Shown in pieces: positions 1-10,695 of a DNA stretch of 24,000 nucleotides. The notes under the pieces were generated by a model. That model was not told the DNA's origin, did not search any database, and was given only the letters and a program-made list of their open reading frames with translations. A program made the translations under genes and the position numbers. Location: contig NZ_JADPFC010000012.1 in assembly GCF_015668195.1 (NCBI RefSeq), positions 1 to 24,000 on the forward strand. Direction: 5' to 3'. How positions within the stretch are numbered: the first letter of the stretch is position 1; the number at the start of each line of letters is the position of its first letter. This stretch comes from Romboutsia sp. 1001713B170131_170501_G6. Its GTDB lineage: Bacteria > Bacillota > Clostridia > Peptostreptococcales > Peptostreptococcaceae.

Positions 1-75
1 TGACCCATCCGCGACTCGAACGCGGGACACCCTGATTAAAAGTCAGGTGCTCTACCGACTGAGCTAATGGGTCAT
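1..75 (-). tRNA. tRNA-Lys (anticodon TTT)
   Basis: The reverse complement folds as a tRNA: it starts TGACCCATTAGCTCAG..., has anticodon loop CTGACTTTTAATCAG and a T-arm GGTTCGAGTCGCGG-like segment. It lies at the window edge, so the ends are approximate. Confidence 0.93.
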
Positions 76-480
76 TTCCTTTTTGCCTTTCGGCTTGTTC
101 GTGTTTCTCTCACTCACAAATATTATTATATTAGGTTCATACACTTTCGTCAACACTTTTTTTACATTTTTTTATATTTTTTTACTTTTTTGGGTATTTT
201 TCTACCAAACCCAGTAAATAACAGTGGTTCAGAGATTAACTTTTTATTAAAAATTACTTAATTTTAAATATTTAATAATTATATGACCTATATTTTTTAA
301 AAATTAGGGTATAAATAATAATTTATAGGTAAATATTTTAATTAACATTTTGAGCAATGGACAAAGTCTTTTACGATATTAGCAAAGCAAGTTTTTATTT
401 AATATTTATAAAATACCTTTAGATACAAATATCTAAAAATTTTTTTCTATTTTTAAATTTAAAGTAATTTTATATATGCT

Positions 481-513
481 AAAAAAGTGTAGTGGATATA
501 ATCCACTACACTT
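481..513 (-). terminator. Rho-independent terminator downstream of purA
   Basis: Perfect 13-bp inverted repeat AAGTGTAGTGGAT/ATCCACTACACTT with a 3-nt loop, followed by a U-run on the minus strand, just after the purA stop. Confidence 0.85.
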
Positions 514-520
514 ATGTATA

Positions 521-1843
<1,323 letters not shown>

Positions 1844-1888
1844 TTACCAATACATTTTATCAAACATTCGATACATTTTCAAACTTTT

Positions 1889-2194
1889 TTATTTACACTT
1901 TAAGTTTAATATGTATTTTTTTATATCTTCTAAGCTATTTAAACCCTTTATTGTTCCTTCTGATTTTTCTATACCTTTTATAAATTTTTCTACTTCTCCT
2001 ATTTTAGATACACCTAAAATTTCTTTATTTTCTCCAGACATTGTATCCATCATCATAATCTTATAGTTAGATTCTTTTTTGCAGTAAAATACTAATGTCT
2101 CTTTTATATTATTATCAATTATTCTAAATAAATTTATTTCTTTGTTTATTTCTATTATTTTTGGATATATATATAATACATTTATATGCAACAC
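1889..2194 (-). CDS. Small hypothetical protein (101 aa)
   Basis: ORF on the same strand as its neighbours, preceded by a G-rich Shine-Dalgarno-like segment (GGGGGAAA-ATG). I recognise no family. Confidence 0.55.
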   Translation of the reverse strand: MLHINVLYIYPKIIEINKEINLFRIIDNNIKETLVFYCKKESNYKIMMMDTMSGENKEILGVSKIGEVEKFIKGIEKSEGTIKGLNSLEDIKKYILNLKCK

Positions 2195-2245
2195 ATTTTT
2201 CCCCCATAAAAAATTTGTATTTATAAATATTAAGTTGTAAACAAT

Positions 2246-2274
2246 AAAAGCAAGCTAATAGCTTGCTTTTTTTT
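2246..2274 (-). terminator. Rho-independent terminator of the dnaC transcript
   Basis: Inverted repeat AAAAGCAAGC-TAATA-GCTTGCTTTT. It is near-symmetric, with A and T tracts on either side. Confidence 0.8.
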
Positions 2275-2288
2275 GTACTTATTCACAT

Positions 2289-2409
2289 TTATCAACAGGT
2301 TACATGTGGATAATGTGGATAAGTGTTTTTGTATTTTTCAACATTTATGATTTTTTTCCTACATTTATCCACACACTTTAACCAATTTCAAAGAAATTTC
2401 TGTGGATAT
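2289..2409. promoter_or_regulatory. DnaA-box cluster downstream of dnaC
   Basis: TTATCAACA 2289-2297(+), TGTGGATAA 2305-2313(-), TGTGGATAA 2314-2322(-), TTATCCACA 2365-2373(+), TGTGGATAT 2401-2409(-). Read on the appropriate strand, three are exact TTATCCACA and two have one mismatch. Confidence 0.75.
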
Positions 2410-2414
2410 CTTAT

Positions 2415-3743
2415 TTACATATCCCTAGATTTATCCGCAAATTTTTGAACTTCGCCAAGCCAAACTAGTTCTACTGCACCAGTTTCACCATGTCTATTTT
2501 TAGCTATTATTACCTCTCCTATGTTCTTTTTTTCTGAATCTGGATGATAATATTCATCTCTATATAAAAACATTACTATATCAGCATCCTGCTCTATTGC
2601 TCCAGATTCTCTTAAATCTGATAGCATAGGTCTATGATCTGCTCTTTGCTCTGGTGCACGAGATAGCTGAGATAATGCTACTACTGGACAATTAAGTTCT
2701 TTTGCGATTATTTTTAGAGATCTTGATATTTTTGATATTTCTTGCTGTCTACTTTCATTATTACCTTCACCTTCCATAAGTTGAAGATAATCTATAAGTA
2801 TTAAATCTAATCCTTGCTCTATTTTAAGCTTTCTACATTTTGATCTTAATTCTGATATTTTTATACCTGGAGTATCATCTATATATATCTTAGCATTAGA
2901 TAAAACTGCCATAGAATCTATTATTCTAGGCCAGTCATTTTCTCCTAGCTTTCCTGTTTTTAACTTTTTAAGCTCTACGCTAGATTGTGATGATAACATA
3001 CGTTGAACTAACTGTTCTTTAGACATCTCTAAACTAAATACAGCTACAGATGCATCACCTTTTAGTGCTGCATTTTGGACAAGATTTAATGAAAACGCAG
3101 TTTTACCCATAGCCGGACGAGCTGCTATTAATATTAAGTCTGTTCTCTGTAATCCATTTATCTTTTTGTTTAAGTCTTTAAAACCAGTCGTTATTCCTGT
3201 TATTTCACTTTTTGATGTGTATAGATGTTCAATCATATCATAAGTATCCATTAGTACACTGTTTATAGATTTAAAATCATCACTAGCTTTTTCTTGAGAT
3301 ATATCAAATATCTGTTTTTCTGCTTTTTCTAATACATCTTCTATTTTCGAGGAACCTTCATATCCTAAGCTTATAATTTCATTAGATGCTTTTATAAGTT
3401 GTCTTAAAACTGATTTTTCCTTCACTATATCTGCATAATACTTCACATTAGATGTTGTAGGGACAATTGTTGATAAACTTGTTATATAACTTATGCCTCC
3501 TACATCATCTAAATGTCCTTCTTTTTTAAGTTCTTCTGTTAGGGTTATTAAGTCTATTGGTTCACCTTTATTACTTAACTTTATCATGCATTCATATATG
3601 ATTTTGTGAGCTTCTTTGTAAAAGTCATTTGGCTTTATAGTTTCACTCACCGTTATCATTGCATCTTTATCAAGTAATATAGATCCTAATATAGACTGTT
3701 CTGATTCCACACTATGTGGAGGAATTCTAGTCATATCCTCCAT
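2415..3743 (-). CDS. dnaC: Replicative DNA helicase (DnaB family; DnaC in Bacillus nomenclature)
   Basis: 442 aa. N-terminal RIPPHSVESEQSILGSILLD, Walker A AARPAMGKTAF, GLDLILIDYLQLM, and a C-terminal ADIVMFLYRDEYY...AKNRHGETG. Confidence 0.98.
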   Translation of the reverse strand: MEDMTRIPPHSVESEQSILGSILLDKDAMITVSETIKPNDFYKEAHKIIYECMIKLSNKGEPIDLITLTEELKKEGHLDDVGGISYITSLSTIVPTTSNVKYYADIVKEKSVLRQLIKASNEIISLGYEGSSKIEDVLEKAEKQIFDISQEKASDDFKSINSVLMDTYDMIEHLYTSKSEITGITTGFKDLNKKINGLQRTDLILIAARPAMGKTAFSLNLVQNAALKGDASVAVFSLEMSKEQLVQRMLSSQSSVELKKLKTGKLGENDWPRIIDSMAVLSNAKIYIDDTPGIKISELRSKCRKLKIEQGLDLILIDYLQLMEGEGNNESRQQEISKISRSLKIIAKELNCPVVALSQLSRAPEQRADHRPMLSDLRESGAIEQDADIVMFLYRDEYYHPDSEKKNIGEVIIAKNRHGETGAVELVWLGEVQKFADKSRDM

Positions 3744-3767
3744 TGTTTATCACCTCAAGTGTCTTTT

Positions 3768-4217
3768 CTATTGTTTCTCTTTTACATCTACTCTCATCTT
3801 AGTAGTTACTTTTTGATGTATCTTTATCTCAACGAATCTTGAACCTAAAGCTCTTATTGGTTCATCTAAGTGTATTTTTCTCTTATCTACTTCTATAGAG
3901 TGTTGTTTTTTTATTTGTTCTGCTATATCTTTAGATGTTATTGATCCAAATAATCTTCCACCATCACCAGCTTTAGAGTATATAACAACATTTAATTCTT
4001 CCATTTTCTTTCCTAATTCTACTGCTGCTTCGTACTCTTTTTGAGCTTTTATTTCTTCAGATTTCTTCTTTTCACCTAATTCTTTTACTGCTGTATTATC
4101 TGCTACAACTGCTAATTTCTTTTTAAGTAAGAAGTTTCTTGCGTATCCATCACTTACTTCTTTTACTTCACCTTTTTTACCAGTTCCTTTAACGTCTTTT
4201 AATAATATAACTTTCAT
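3768..4217 (-). CDS. rplI: 50S ribosomal protein L9
   Basis: 149 aa, [36 protein letters not shown] signature. Confidence 0.98.
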   Translation of the reverse strand: MKVILLKDVKGTGKKGEVKEVSDGYARNFLLKKKLAVVADNTAVKELGEKKKSEEIKAQKEYEAAVELGKKMEELNVVIYSKAGDGGRLFGSITSKDIAEQIKKQHSIEVDKRKIHLDEPIRALGSRFVEIKIHQKVTTKMRVDVKEKQ

Positions 4218-6212
4218 CTATTTCTCCTCCTTTATGCATTCGTCAATTATATCTTGTACCATTGAATATGCAGTTTTTAATGAAACACCTTCTAATTGAG
4301 CACCTGCTATATCCTTGTGCCCTCCTCCGCCTAGTTTTTCCATAAGAACATGTACATTGGTTTCTCCTAATGACCTTGCACTTATGAATATTTTATCATC
4401 TTTTTTTCCTAGGACAAATGATGCTTCAACTTCCTTTATATTTAATAATTCATCTGCTGCTTGTGCTATTACTATATTTATGTTATCTGCTACTCTTTCT
4501 GTATAAGCTAAACAGATTTTTCCATAAACTATCTTAGCACTTTGTATGATTTCAGCCTTAGTTATAAAATCACTTATGTCTGAGTTAAATAGCTTTTTGA
4601 CTTCTACAGTATCTGCACCTACTTTTTTAAGATATGATGCAGCTTCAAAGGTTCTTACCCCTGTTTTGAAGGCGAAATTTTTAGTATCTAGCGTTATACC
4701 AGCTAATAAGCCTTCTGCAGTTAATTTGTTTATTTTTACATTATCCTCCATGTATTGAACTAGCTCAGTTACCATCTCACATGTAGATGATACGTATATT
4801 TCATGGAATAAAAGTACCGTATCATTTATAAATTCAACACCTCTTCTGTGGTGATCTATTACTACGATTTTATCAGATATACCTAAGAGTTCATTACATT
4901 CTGTAAAATTAGGTCTATGAGTATCAACTACTACTATAAGTGTATTTCTCGTACAACTTCTTATAGCTTCTTCGCTATCTATAAATATTCCATCATAATA
5001 ATCTGAAGATTCTATTCTATCTACAAATATATCTATTGATTCATTTGTACTGTCTAGAACTATATTGGCTTTTTTACCGCAAGATTTACATATATCATAT
5101 ATTCCAACTGCCGACCCCATAGCATCCATATCTGGATATTTATGTCCCATTATATATACATGATCACTTTCTAATATAATTTCTCTTAGTGCATGACCTA
5201 TTAATCTTGATTTTACTTTTGTAGTTTTTTCTACTGCTTTAGATTTTCCACCGTAGAATACTGACTTATCTTTAGTTTTTATAACAGCTTGATCTCCACC
5301 TCTACCTAAAGCTAAATCAAGAGCTCCAGAGGCTAATTTTAAATTTTCATTTATTGAATCTCCATCTACACCTATTCCCATACTTATGGTAACAGGTAAT
5401 GTATTTCCATAGTCTATTTCTCTTATTTTATCTAGTACAGAAAATTTTTCACTTTCTAGCTTTTTAAGTTCTTTTTTGTTCATAACTAAGAAAAATTTAT
5501 CTTTTGATGTTCTTTTTAATGCTGACTTAGATGTATTTTCTAAATTAGAAAGAATTCTTTCTATTTCAACATTTATCATTGGTCTTTTATCCTCTGATGC
5601 ACTTTTTAACACATCATCGTATCCATCAATCTGAATCAACATCATAGAATTTTTCTCATCTTCATGCTTTTGCTGTAAATTTAGATAATCTGTCTTATCT
5701 AACCAATATAACATCATTAGATATTTTGCATTTTTTTCTTGATCATTTTTTACAACATTGTATACTACGGTATAATCTCTGTCTTTATACTTTACATCTG
5801 TGTACATTTCTTTATTTTCATTTAAAACTTTTCTAAGATCTAGATTTTTTACTATATCATCAATGTTTTCACCTAATAAATCTTGTGTTTCCGTCATCTG
5901 ATGGAATTTATTATTGTACCAAGATATTTTTCCATCAAATTCTAATATACAAAGTGGAATAGGCAAATTCATTATTGCTTTTTTTGTTGTTTCATCTATA
6001 TCTAAAGATAGATTTTGAATGTAATTATTCCATTCCTTTCTTCTAATATTAGTAGTTTTCCAGTTGTGGAAAACTATATATAAGAAAATAAGGAAAAATA
6101 AGCAACCTACATAAAAATCATATAAAAGTAGTGCTGTACTCGCTACACCTATAATTAATATGTATACATTATTTTCTGGCATATTAATTTTCAAGGCTGG
6201 TTTGTTCCTCAT
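4218..6212 (-). CDS. gdpP: Cyclic-di-AMP phosphodiesterase (PAS / degenerate GGDEF / DHH-DHHA1)
   Basis: 664 aa. N-terminal transmembrane segments, PAS-like region, GHKYPDMDAMGSAVG, VVDTHRP, DHHRR and GGGGHKDIAGAQ motifs. It sits next to rplI-dnaC. Confidence 0.95.
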   Translation of the reverse strand: MRNKPALKINMPENNVYILIIGVASTALLLYDFYVGCLFFLIFLYIVFHNWKTTNIRRKEWNNYIQNLSLDIDETTKKAIMNLPIPLCILEFDGKISWYNNKFHQMTETQDLLGENIDDIVKNLDLRKVLNENKEMYTDVKYKDRDYTVVYNVVKNDQEKNAKYLMMLYWLDKTDYLNLQQKHEDEKNSMMLIQIDGYDDVLKSASEDKRPMINVEIERILSNLENTSKSALKRTSKDKFFLVMNKKELKKLESEKFSVLDKIREIDYGNTLPVTISMGIGVDGDSINENLKLASGALDLALGRGGDQAVIKTKDKSVFYGGKSKAVEKTTKVKSRLIGHALREIILESDHVYIMGHKYPDMDAMGSAVGIYDICKSCGKKANIVLDSTNESIDIFVDRIESSDYYDGIFIDSEEAIRSCTRNTLIVVVDTHRPNFTECNELLGISDKIVVIDHHRRGVEFINDTVLLFHEIYVSSTCEMVTELVQYMEDNVKINKLTAEGLLAGITLDTKNFAFKTGVRTFEAASYLKKVGADTVEVKKLFNSDISDFITKAEIIQSAKIVYGKICLAYTERVADNINIVIAQAADELLNIKEVEASFVLGKKDDKIFISARSLGETNVHVLMEKLGGGGHKDIAGAQLEGVSLKTAYSMVQDIIDECIKEEK

Positions 6213-6223
6213 TACTTCCCTCC

Positions 6224-7180
6224 TTACGCAGATTTATAGCTTCTTACCTTTCTAAAATCTATTACACTATCTAACATCCCTAAGAAAGATATACCCATAA
6301 ATCCGAATATATATAGGATTAATCCTGATATAAATATATTTTTTATTTGACTAGCTTTAAACCAATTTCTTAGGTAATATACAGAAACTGCTATACCCTG
6401 AGCCATAAACATAAAATTAAAAACTAGTTGAAGATTCATTATGATTAAATCACCATGAAAATTTAAGCCTAACATATCAATTAAGAAAACTAGTATGTAT
6501 AGCATAAGTGACACCATTACTGGATTTCCCGGTAAATAAAAATCTCTAAATTTAGGCATTTCTAAATTTACCATTCTTATTCTTTTTAATATAAATACCT
6601 CAATGTAGTATGTAACAAACGCTAATACTATCCCCTGTAAAAATAGCATTGTAGGTAAAAGATTTTGTGCAAAGGTAATTACATCTTCTACTTTTAATCC
6701 ACTACTTACATCTACACCTGCATCACCTAAAATTTGAAGCTGAACACTTACAGCTTCCTTCATACCATTCATAAAGTTATCTAATAAATTAGTTTTGAAC
6801 ACCACATTTGCTATAGTATAGAAAATTATAGTTGAAATTATAACTATAATTGTTCCTGCATATATAGGTTCAAACTTATTTTCTTGACCTTCTTTTATGT
6901 TTTTTCTTGCAATACTACCTATAACTATCCCAGGAAGTACGCTCATAATACTAATACTCACAGCATATGTTATATCTACACCAAATATAAGTATTAAAAA
7001 AGTAATTATCAAAGATAATATTGAGTACTTATTATTACTTATGGTTCCTATTATTGCATAAGGTACTGGTATTAAAAAACTTAGTACAGCAAATATAGGA
7101 ACGTATGCTGTTATTAGAGCTAATAATATCCCTAGCGTAACTATCATCGATACTTGCGATAGTTTTACTTTATCATTCAA
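6224..7180 (-). CDS. DUF2232 / YybS-like membrane protein
   Basis: 318 aa with multiple hydrophobic helices. Its position directly upstream of gdpP-rplI matches YybS-like proteins. Confidence 0.8.
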   Translation of the reverse strand: MNDKVKLSQVSMIVTLGILLALITAYVPIFAVLSFLIPVPYAIIGTISNNKYSILSLIITFLILIFGVDITYAVSISIMSVLPGIVIGSIARKNIKEGQENKFEPIYAGTIIVIISTIIFYTIANVVFKTNLLDNFMNGMKEAVSVQLQILGDAGVDVSSGLKVEDVITFAQNLLPTMLFLQGIVLAFVTYYIEVFILKRIRMVNLEMPKFRDFYLPGNPVMVSLMLYILVFLIDMLGLNFHGDLIIMNLQLVFNFMFMAQGIAVSVYYLRNWFKASQIKNIFISGLILYIFGFMGISFLGMLDSVIDFRKVRSYKSA

Positions 7181-7187
7181 ATTAGAT

Positions 7188-7508
7188 TCACTCCTTATTA
7201 TCTATATGTTTTTTGAGTTCAGATAACTCACCATACCATCTTTCTATACTATGATTCTCATTTATTCCTAGTTTTATCTTTTCTTTTATTTTATAATCCA
7301 TTTCGTTAAAACTAATTCCCAATCTTTTTGCTAAAAGGTATGTTATCATTATAATATTTGCTAAAGTATCTTGTAATGCCTCATCTAAAGGCTTTACTCC
7401 TTTAAACATTAAGTTAAACAAATCCCCTACGCTCATTAACAACTCTGTTTTCATCCATTCCATTATTTTAACGTTTCTTGCTATATCGGAATTCCTATCT
7501 AATCTCAC
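7188..7508 (-). CDS. MazG-like family protein
   Basis: 106 aa, LDRNSDIARNVKIMEWMKTELLMSVGDLFNLMFKG..., typical of the small MazG-like proteins found near rpsR in clostridia. Confidence 0.65.
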   Translation of the reverse strand: MRLDRNSDIARNVKIMEWMKTELLMSVGDLFNLMFKGVKPLDEALQDTLANIIMITYLLAKRLGISFNEMDYKIKEKIKLGINENHSIERWYGELSELKKHIDNKE

Positions 7509-7572
7509 AGTTGCCCCCTCCTTAATATATAAATATTATATCATAAATCATAGTAGATTTAACTAGAATAAC

Positions 7573-7597
7573 AAAAAAACGAGCCATAAGGCTCGTC
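7573..7597 (-). terminator. Terminator after rpsR
   Basis: CGAGCC-TTAT-GGCTCG hairpin followed by TTTTTTT on the minus strand. Confidence 0.85.
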
Positions 7598-7601
7598 CTT
7601 C

Positions 7602-7829
7602 TTATTCTACAGTGTATGGTAAAAGTGCTATGTTTCTAGCTCTCTTTATAGCAACTGTTAATTCTCTTTGATGCTTAGCGCATGTTCCAGATATTCTTCT
7701 TGGTAATATTTTACCTCTCTCAGTTACATATTTTTGTAATCTTTGAGTGTTTTTGTAATCTATCTTAACGTCTTTTGAAGCACAGAATTGACAAACTCTT
7801 CTCTTCTTACGTCTCTTCTTGTTTATCAT
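7602..7829 (-). CDS. rpsR: 30S ribosomal protein S18
   Basis: The ORF track begins at 7868, but the likely start is the internal Met at 7829 ([20 protein letters not shown]...). That Met is preceded by an AGGAGGG Shine-Dalgarno, and using it avoids overlap with ssb. Confidence 0.95.
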   Translation of the reverse strand: MINKKRRKKRRVCQFCASKDVKIDYKNTQRLQKYVTERGKILPRRISGTCAKHQRELTVAIKRARNIALLPYTVE

Positions 7830-7845
7830 AACATTTCCCTCCTTT

Positions 7846-8295
7846 TTAGAATGGTATATCGTCGTCATCTATAGCTTGGAAACCTTGAGGGTCTAATCCT
7901 TGTGGTTCAAACGTAGGCTCGAAACTAGGTTCAAATCCTGGTTGATTTCCTTTATTATACGAATTTTCCGATTTATTTCTACTATCTAAGAACTGTACTC
8001 TGTTAGCATTAACTCTAAACGCTCTTCTGTTTTCTCCAGCTTGGTTTTGATATACATCCACTCTTATTGAGCCTTGTACAGCTACTAAACTTCCTTTACC
8101 GATATAGTTAGCGCAATTCTCTGCAGATTTGCCCCAAACTTGTATATCTATAAAATCCGTTTCTCTCTTACCATCTTTGCCTGAGAATTCTCTATCAATA
8201 GCTATTGAGAAATTAGCAACAGGAGTTCCACTTCCTGCGATGTATCTTAACTCTGGGTCTCTTGTTAATCTACCCACTAAAACAACATGGTTCAT
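7846..8295 (-). CDS. ssb: Single-stranded DNA-binding protein
   Basis: 149 aa, [20 protein letters not shown]-fold start and acidic DDDIPF tail. Confidence 0.97.
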   Translation of the reverse strand: MNHVVLVGRLTRDPELRYIAGSGTPVANFSIAIDREFSGKDGKRETDFIDIQVWGKSAENCANYIGKGSLVAVQGSIRVDVYQNQAGENRRAFRVNANRVQFLDSRNKSENSYNKGNQPGFEPSFEPTFEPQGLDPQGFQAIDDDDIPF

Positions 8296-8329
8296 AATAA
8301 CACCGCCTTTTACATAATAAAACTAGTCA

Positions 8330-8608
8330 TTAAGCAGCAACTATCATGTGTCTTATTACGTTTTCGTTTATCTTTAAGTTTCTATCTAATTCTTTTGGTA
8401 ATTCAACACCAGCGCTGAAGTTTACTAATACATAGTGACCTTCGTTGAACTTAGCTATTGGGTAAGCTAATTTTCTAGTTCCCCATACGTCAACGTTAGC
8501 TACTTCACCGTCAGTAGATATAACTTCCTTAACCTTGTTAAGTACAGCTTCTCTAGTTTCTTCATCAGCATTTGGCTTTACTACGAAAACTAATTCATAA
8601 TTTCTCAT
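8330..8608 (-). CDS. rpsF: 30S ribosomal protein S6
   Basis: 92 aa, MRNYELVFVVKPNADEE...GTRKLAYPIAKFNEGHYVLVNF. Confidence 0.98.
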   Translation of the reverse strand: MRNYELVFVVKPNADEETREAVLNKVKEVISTDGEVANVDVWGTRKLAYPIAKFNEGHYVLVNFSAGVELPKELDRNLKINENVIRHMIVAA

Positions 8609-8630
8609 TATCTTTTCACCTCCCTTTGGA

Positions 8631-8680
8631 CTTAACGGCTCTACTTCGTAGAGCAGAGAAATGAGATTAAAATCTCATAC
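8631..8680 (-). promoter_or_regulatory. Structured rpsF leader; candidate S6:S18 autoregulatory element
   Basis: Perfect 7-bp hairpin GCTCTAC-GAA-GTAGAGC (8638-8654) followed by CCG, plus a second inverted repeat ATGAGATT/AATCTCAT (8661-8678), both just upstream of the rpsF Shine-Dalgarno. Confidence 0.4.
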
Positions 8681-8840
8681 TTACACATTTTATCATTACT
8701 AAAGATAATTGTCAATTTATATTTCTTCATATATTATGGTAAATTTTTTTGTTTTTAATACGTATATATTAAATTATGATGGATAATACTATTTATATAT
8801 AGCCCCCATAACTTAAATATATTTCATCCCAATCTCCCCT

Positions 8841-8872
8841 AAAAAAGAGTGACCGTAGGTCACTCTTTTTTT
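8841..8872 (-). terminator. Terminator after the aminotransferase gene (bidirectional sequence)
   Basis: 14-bp perfect inverted repeat AAAAAAGAGTGACC-GTA-GGTCACTCTTTTTT. Confidence 0.9.
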
Positions 8873-8879
8873 ATACTAT

Positions 8880-10082
8880 CTATGCGTTTGCTTCTACTTC
8901 CATATATTTCTTTAAAACTTTACCTAATCTCTTGATTCCCTCAACTATTTTCTCATCTGTAGATGTTGAGTAGTTTAATCTAAAGCAATTTTCTTTTCCA
9001 CCATTAGGGAAGAATGATCCCCCTGGAACATATGCAACATTATTTGCTATACAATCTTCCATTATAACTTTTGAATCTAAATGCTTTGGTAATTCTACCC
9101 ATGTGAATAATCCGCCTTCTGGATGAGTATACTCTAAACCTTCTGGGAATTCTTCTTTAATAGTTTTTAACATAAGATCTCTACGTCTTTTATAAACTTC
9201 TTTTAATTTTTCAACATGTTTATCTAAATCATATAATTCTATGTATTTACTAACTTCTCTTTGAGATATACTAGATGCTTGTAGGTCTGCTCCTTGTTTG
9301 ACGAATATAAATTTGCTTAATATTTCATGAGATGCACATGTCCAGCCTATTCTATATCCTGGACAGAATATTTTTGAAAAGCTTCCTAGATATATTACCA
9401 ATCCTTTATTATCCATTGATTTTAAAGATGGTAATGTATCACCTTCGAATCTTAATTCACCATATGGGTTGTCTTCTATTACTGGTATTTCATATTTATT
9501 TATAATTTCCATGAACTTTTTACGTCTTTCCATCGGCCAAGTTCTTCCTGTTGGGTTTTGGAAATCTGGTATTACATATATCATTTTCACTCTATCAGTT
9601 GTTTCTAATATTTTTTCTAACTCTTCCATTATCATTCCATCTTTATCTGTTGGAACTTCTATGAATTTTGGTAAATATGCTTTAAAAGCATTTAATGCTC
9701 CTAAGTAGGATGGACTTTCACATAAAACTACGTCACCTTCGTCTAAGAAAACTTTCCCTGCAAAGTCTAATCCTTGTTGTGAACCATTAGTTATCAATAT
9801 ATCATCCTTTGTTACATTAGTTTTAGCTTTACTATTCATTCTATCAGCTATTTGTTCTCTTAAAGGAGTATAACCTTCAGTTGTAGAGTATTGAAGAGCT
9901 GATCTTCCATCCTCTTCTAAAACCATAGTAGAAATCTTTTTCATTTCCTCTATTGGGAATAATTCTGGAGCAGGTAATCCTCCAGCAAAAGATATAACCT
10001 CTGGTTTTTCCGTCAACTTTAAAAGCTCACGTATTTCTGATCCTTTTAACCCTGCCATTCTCTTTGCAAATTTAACTGCCAT
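8880..10082 (-). CDS. PLP-dependent aminotransferase, class I/II (2-aminoadipate aminotransferase-like)
   Basis: 400 aa. FAGGLPAPELFP, ITNGSQQGLDFAGKVFLDEGD, IPDFQNPTG and GSFSKIFCPGYRIGW (PLP lysine) motifs. Confidence 0.9.
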   Translation of the reverse strand: MAVKFAKRMAGLKGSEIRELLKLTEKPEVISFAGGLPAPELFPIEEMKKISTMVLEEDGRSALQYSTTEGYTPLREQIADRMNSKAKTNVTKDDILITNGSQQGLDFAGKVFLDEGDVVLCESPSYLGALNAFKAYLPKFIEVPTDKDGMIMEELEKILETTDRVKMIYVIPDFQNPTGRTWPMERRKKFMEIINKYEIPVIEDNPYGELRFEGDTLPSLKSMDNKGLVIYLGSFSKIFCPGYRIGWTCASHEILSKFIFVKQGADLQASSISQREVSKYIELYDLDKHVEKLKEVYKRRRDLMLKTIKEEFPEGLEYTHPEGGLFTWVELPKHLDSKVIMEDCIANNVAYVPGGSFFPNGGKENCFRLNYSTSTDEKIVEGIKRLGKVLKKYMEVEANA

Positions 10083-10180
10083 AATTAAAGCACCCCCTGA
10101 AATTGTTTACCCTGTACTTTAATTATAGCAACGCCAAATTTGATTCGATACTCTCTTTGAAATTTTCTGAATTTTCTATT

Positions 10181-10369
10181 TTATTCTTTTGTAATTATCT
10201 TTTTTACTCTTTTTTCAAAAGTTTCTCTGTCTAGCATTATTTCTCTAGAGCATTTGGTGCATTTTATCTTTACATCCATACCAACTCTAGTTATTTCGAA
10301 TTCTTTATTTCCACAAGGATGTTGTTTTTTCATTTCAACAACATCTCCTAGCTTAATACTTATAGGCAT
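10181..10369 (-). CDS. DUF951 family protein (YyzM-like)
   Basis: 62 aa, LGDVVEMKKQHPCGNKEFEITRVGMDVKIKCTKCSREIMLDRETFEKRVKKI. Confidence 0.85.
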   Translation of the reverse strand: MPISIKLGDVVEMKKQHPCGNKEFEITRVGMDVKIKCTKCSREIMLDRETFEKRVKKIITKE

Positions 10370-10384
10370 CTAAATTCACTCCTT

Positions 10385-10648
10385 TTAAACTATCTCTGTT
10401 GCTTCTTTTTTTCCATTTTCTAACTTAACTATTTTATATATACCTTTATATTCTACATCACTTTCTTTTAAAGTTTCTTTTACTTTTTCTATATCATTGT
10501 ATAAAAATCTTATTGAAATTCCACAACTAGCCGTTATCTCTCTTGGTGTAGGTAATGTTGTACATACTATTTCCTTTTCCTTTAATAACTTCTCTGTTCT
10601 TATTGCATGATGTGTTGAGTTAAATGATACTATATACATTTCATTCAT
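10385..10648 (-). CDS. DUF3343 domain protein (putative Se/S carrier-like)
   Basis: 87 aa, YIVSFNSTHHAIRTEKLLKEKEIVCTTLPTPREITASCGISIRF, a DUF3343-type sequence adjacent to a yedF-like gene. Confidence 0.8.
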   Translation of the reverse strand: MNEMYIVSFNSTHHAIRTEKLLKEKEIVCTTLPTPREITASCGISIRFLYNDIEKVKETLKESDVEYKGIYKIVKLENGKKEATEIV

Positions 10649-10695
10649 TGTTTTTCCTCTTTCTAATCTAGTTATTATAAATATTATTTTATATA

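Noticed and set aside
67-261. 64-aa plus-strand ORF (MGHFLFAFRLVRV...)
   Set aside because: It starts inside the tRNA gene, has no clear ribosome-binding site and has AT-driven low-complexity Phe/Tyr composition. Likely spurious.
262-480. AT-rich intergenic block between tRNA-Lys and the purA terminator
   Set aside because: No repeat array, ORF or convincing RNA structure was visible beyond AT-rich composition.
4315-4758. Short plus-strand ORFs antisense to gdpP
   Set aside because: Shadow ORFs in the opposite strand of a motif-verified gene.
4218-6212. Possible active diguanylate cyclase domain in the DHH protein
   Set aside because: The GGDEF-like region is degenerate, as is normal for GdpP. 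The overall architecture is the known c-di-AMP phosphodiesterase, not a novel fusion.
7830-7868. N-terminal extension of RpsR ([13 protein letters not shown]) in the ORF track
   Set aside because: The internal Met at 7829 has a strong AGGAGGG ribosome-binding site and matches the normal S18 start. The extension would overlap ssb.
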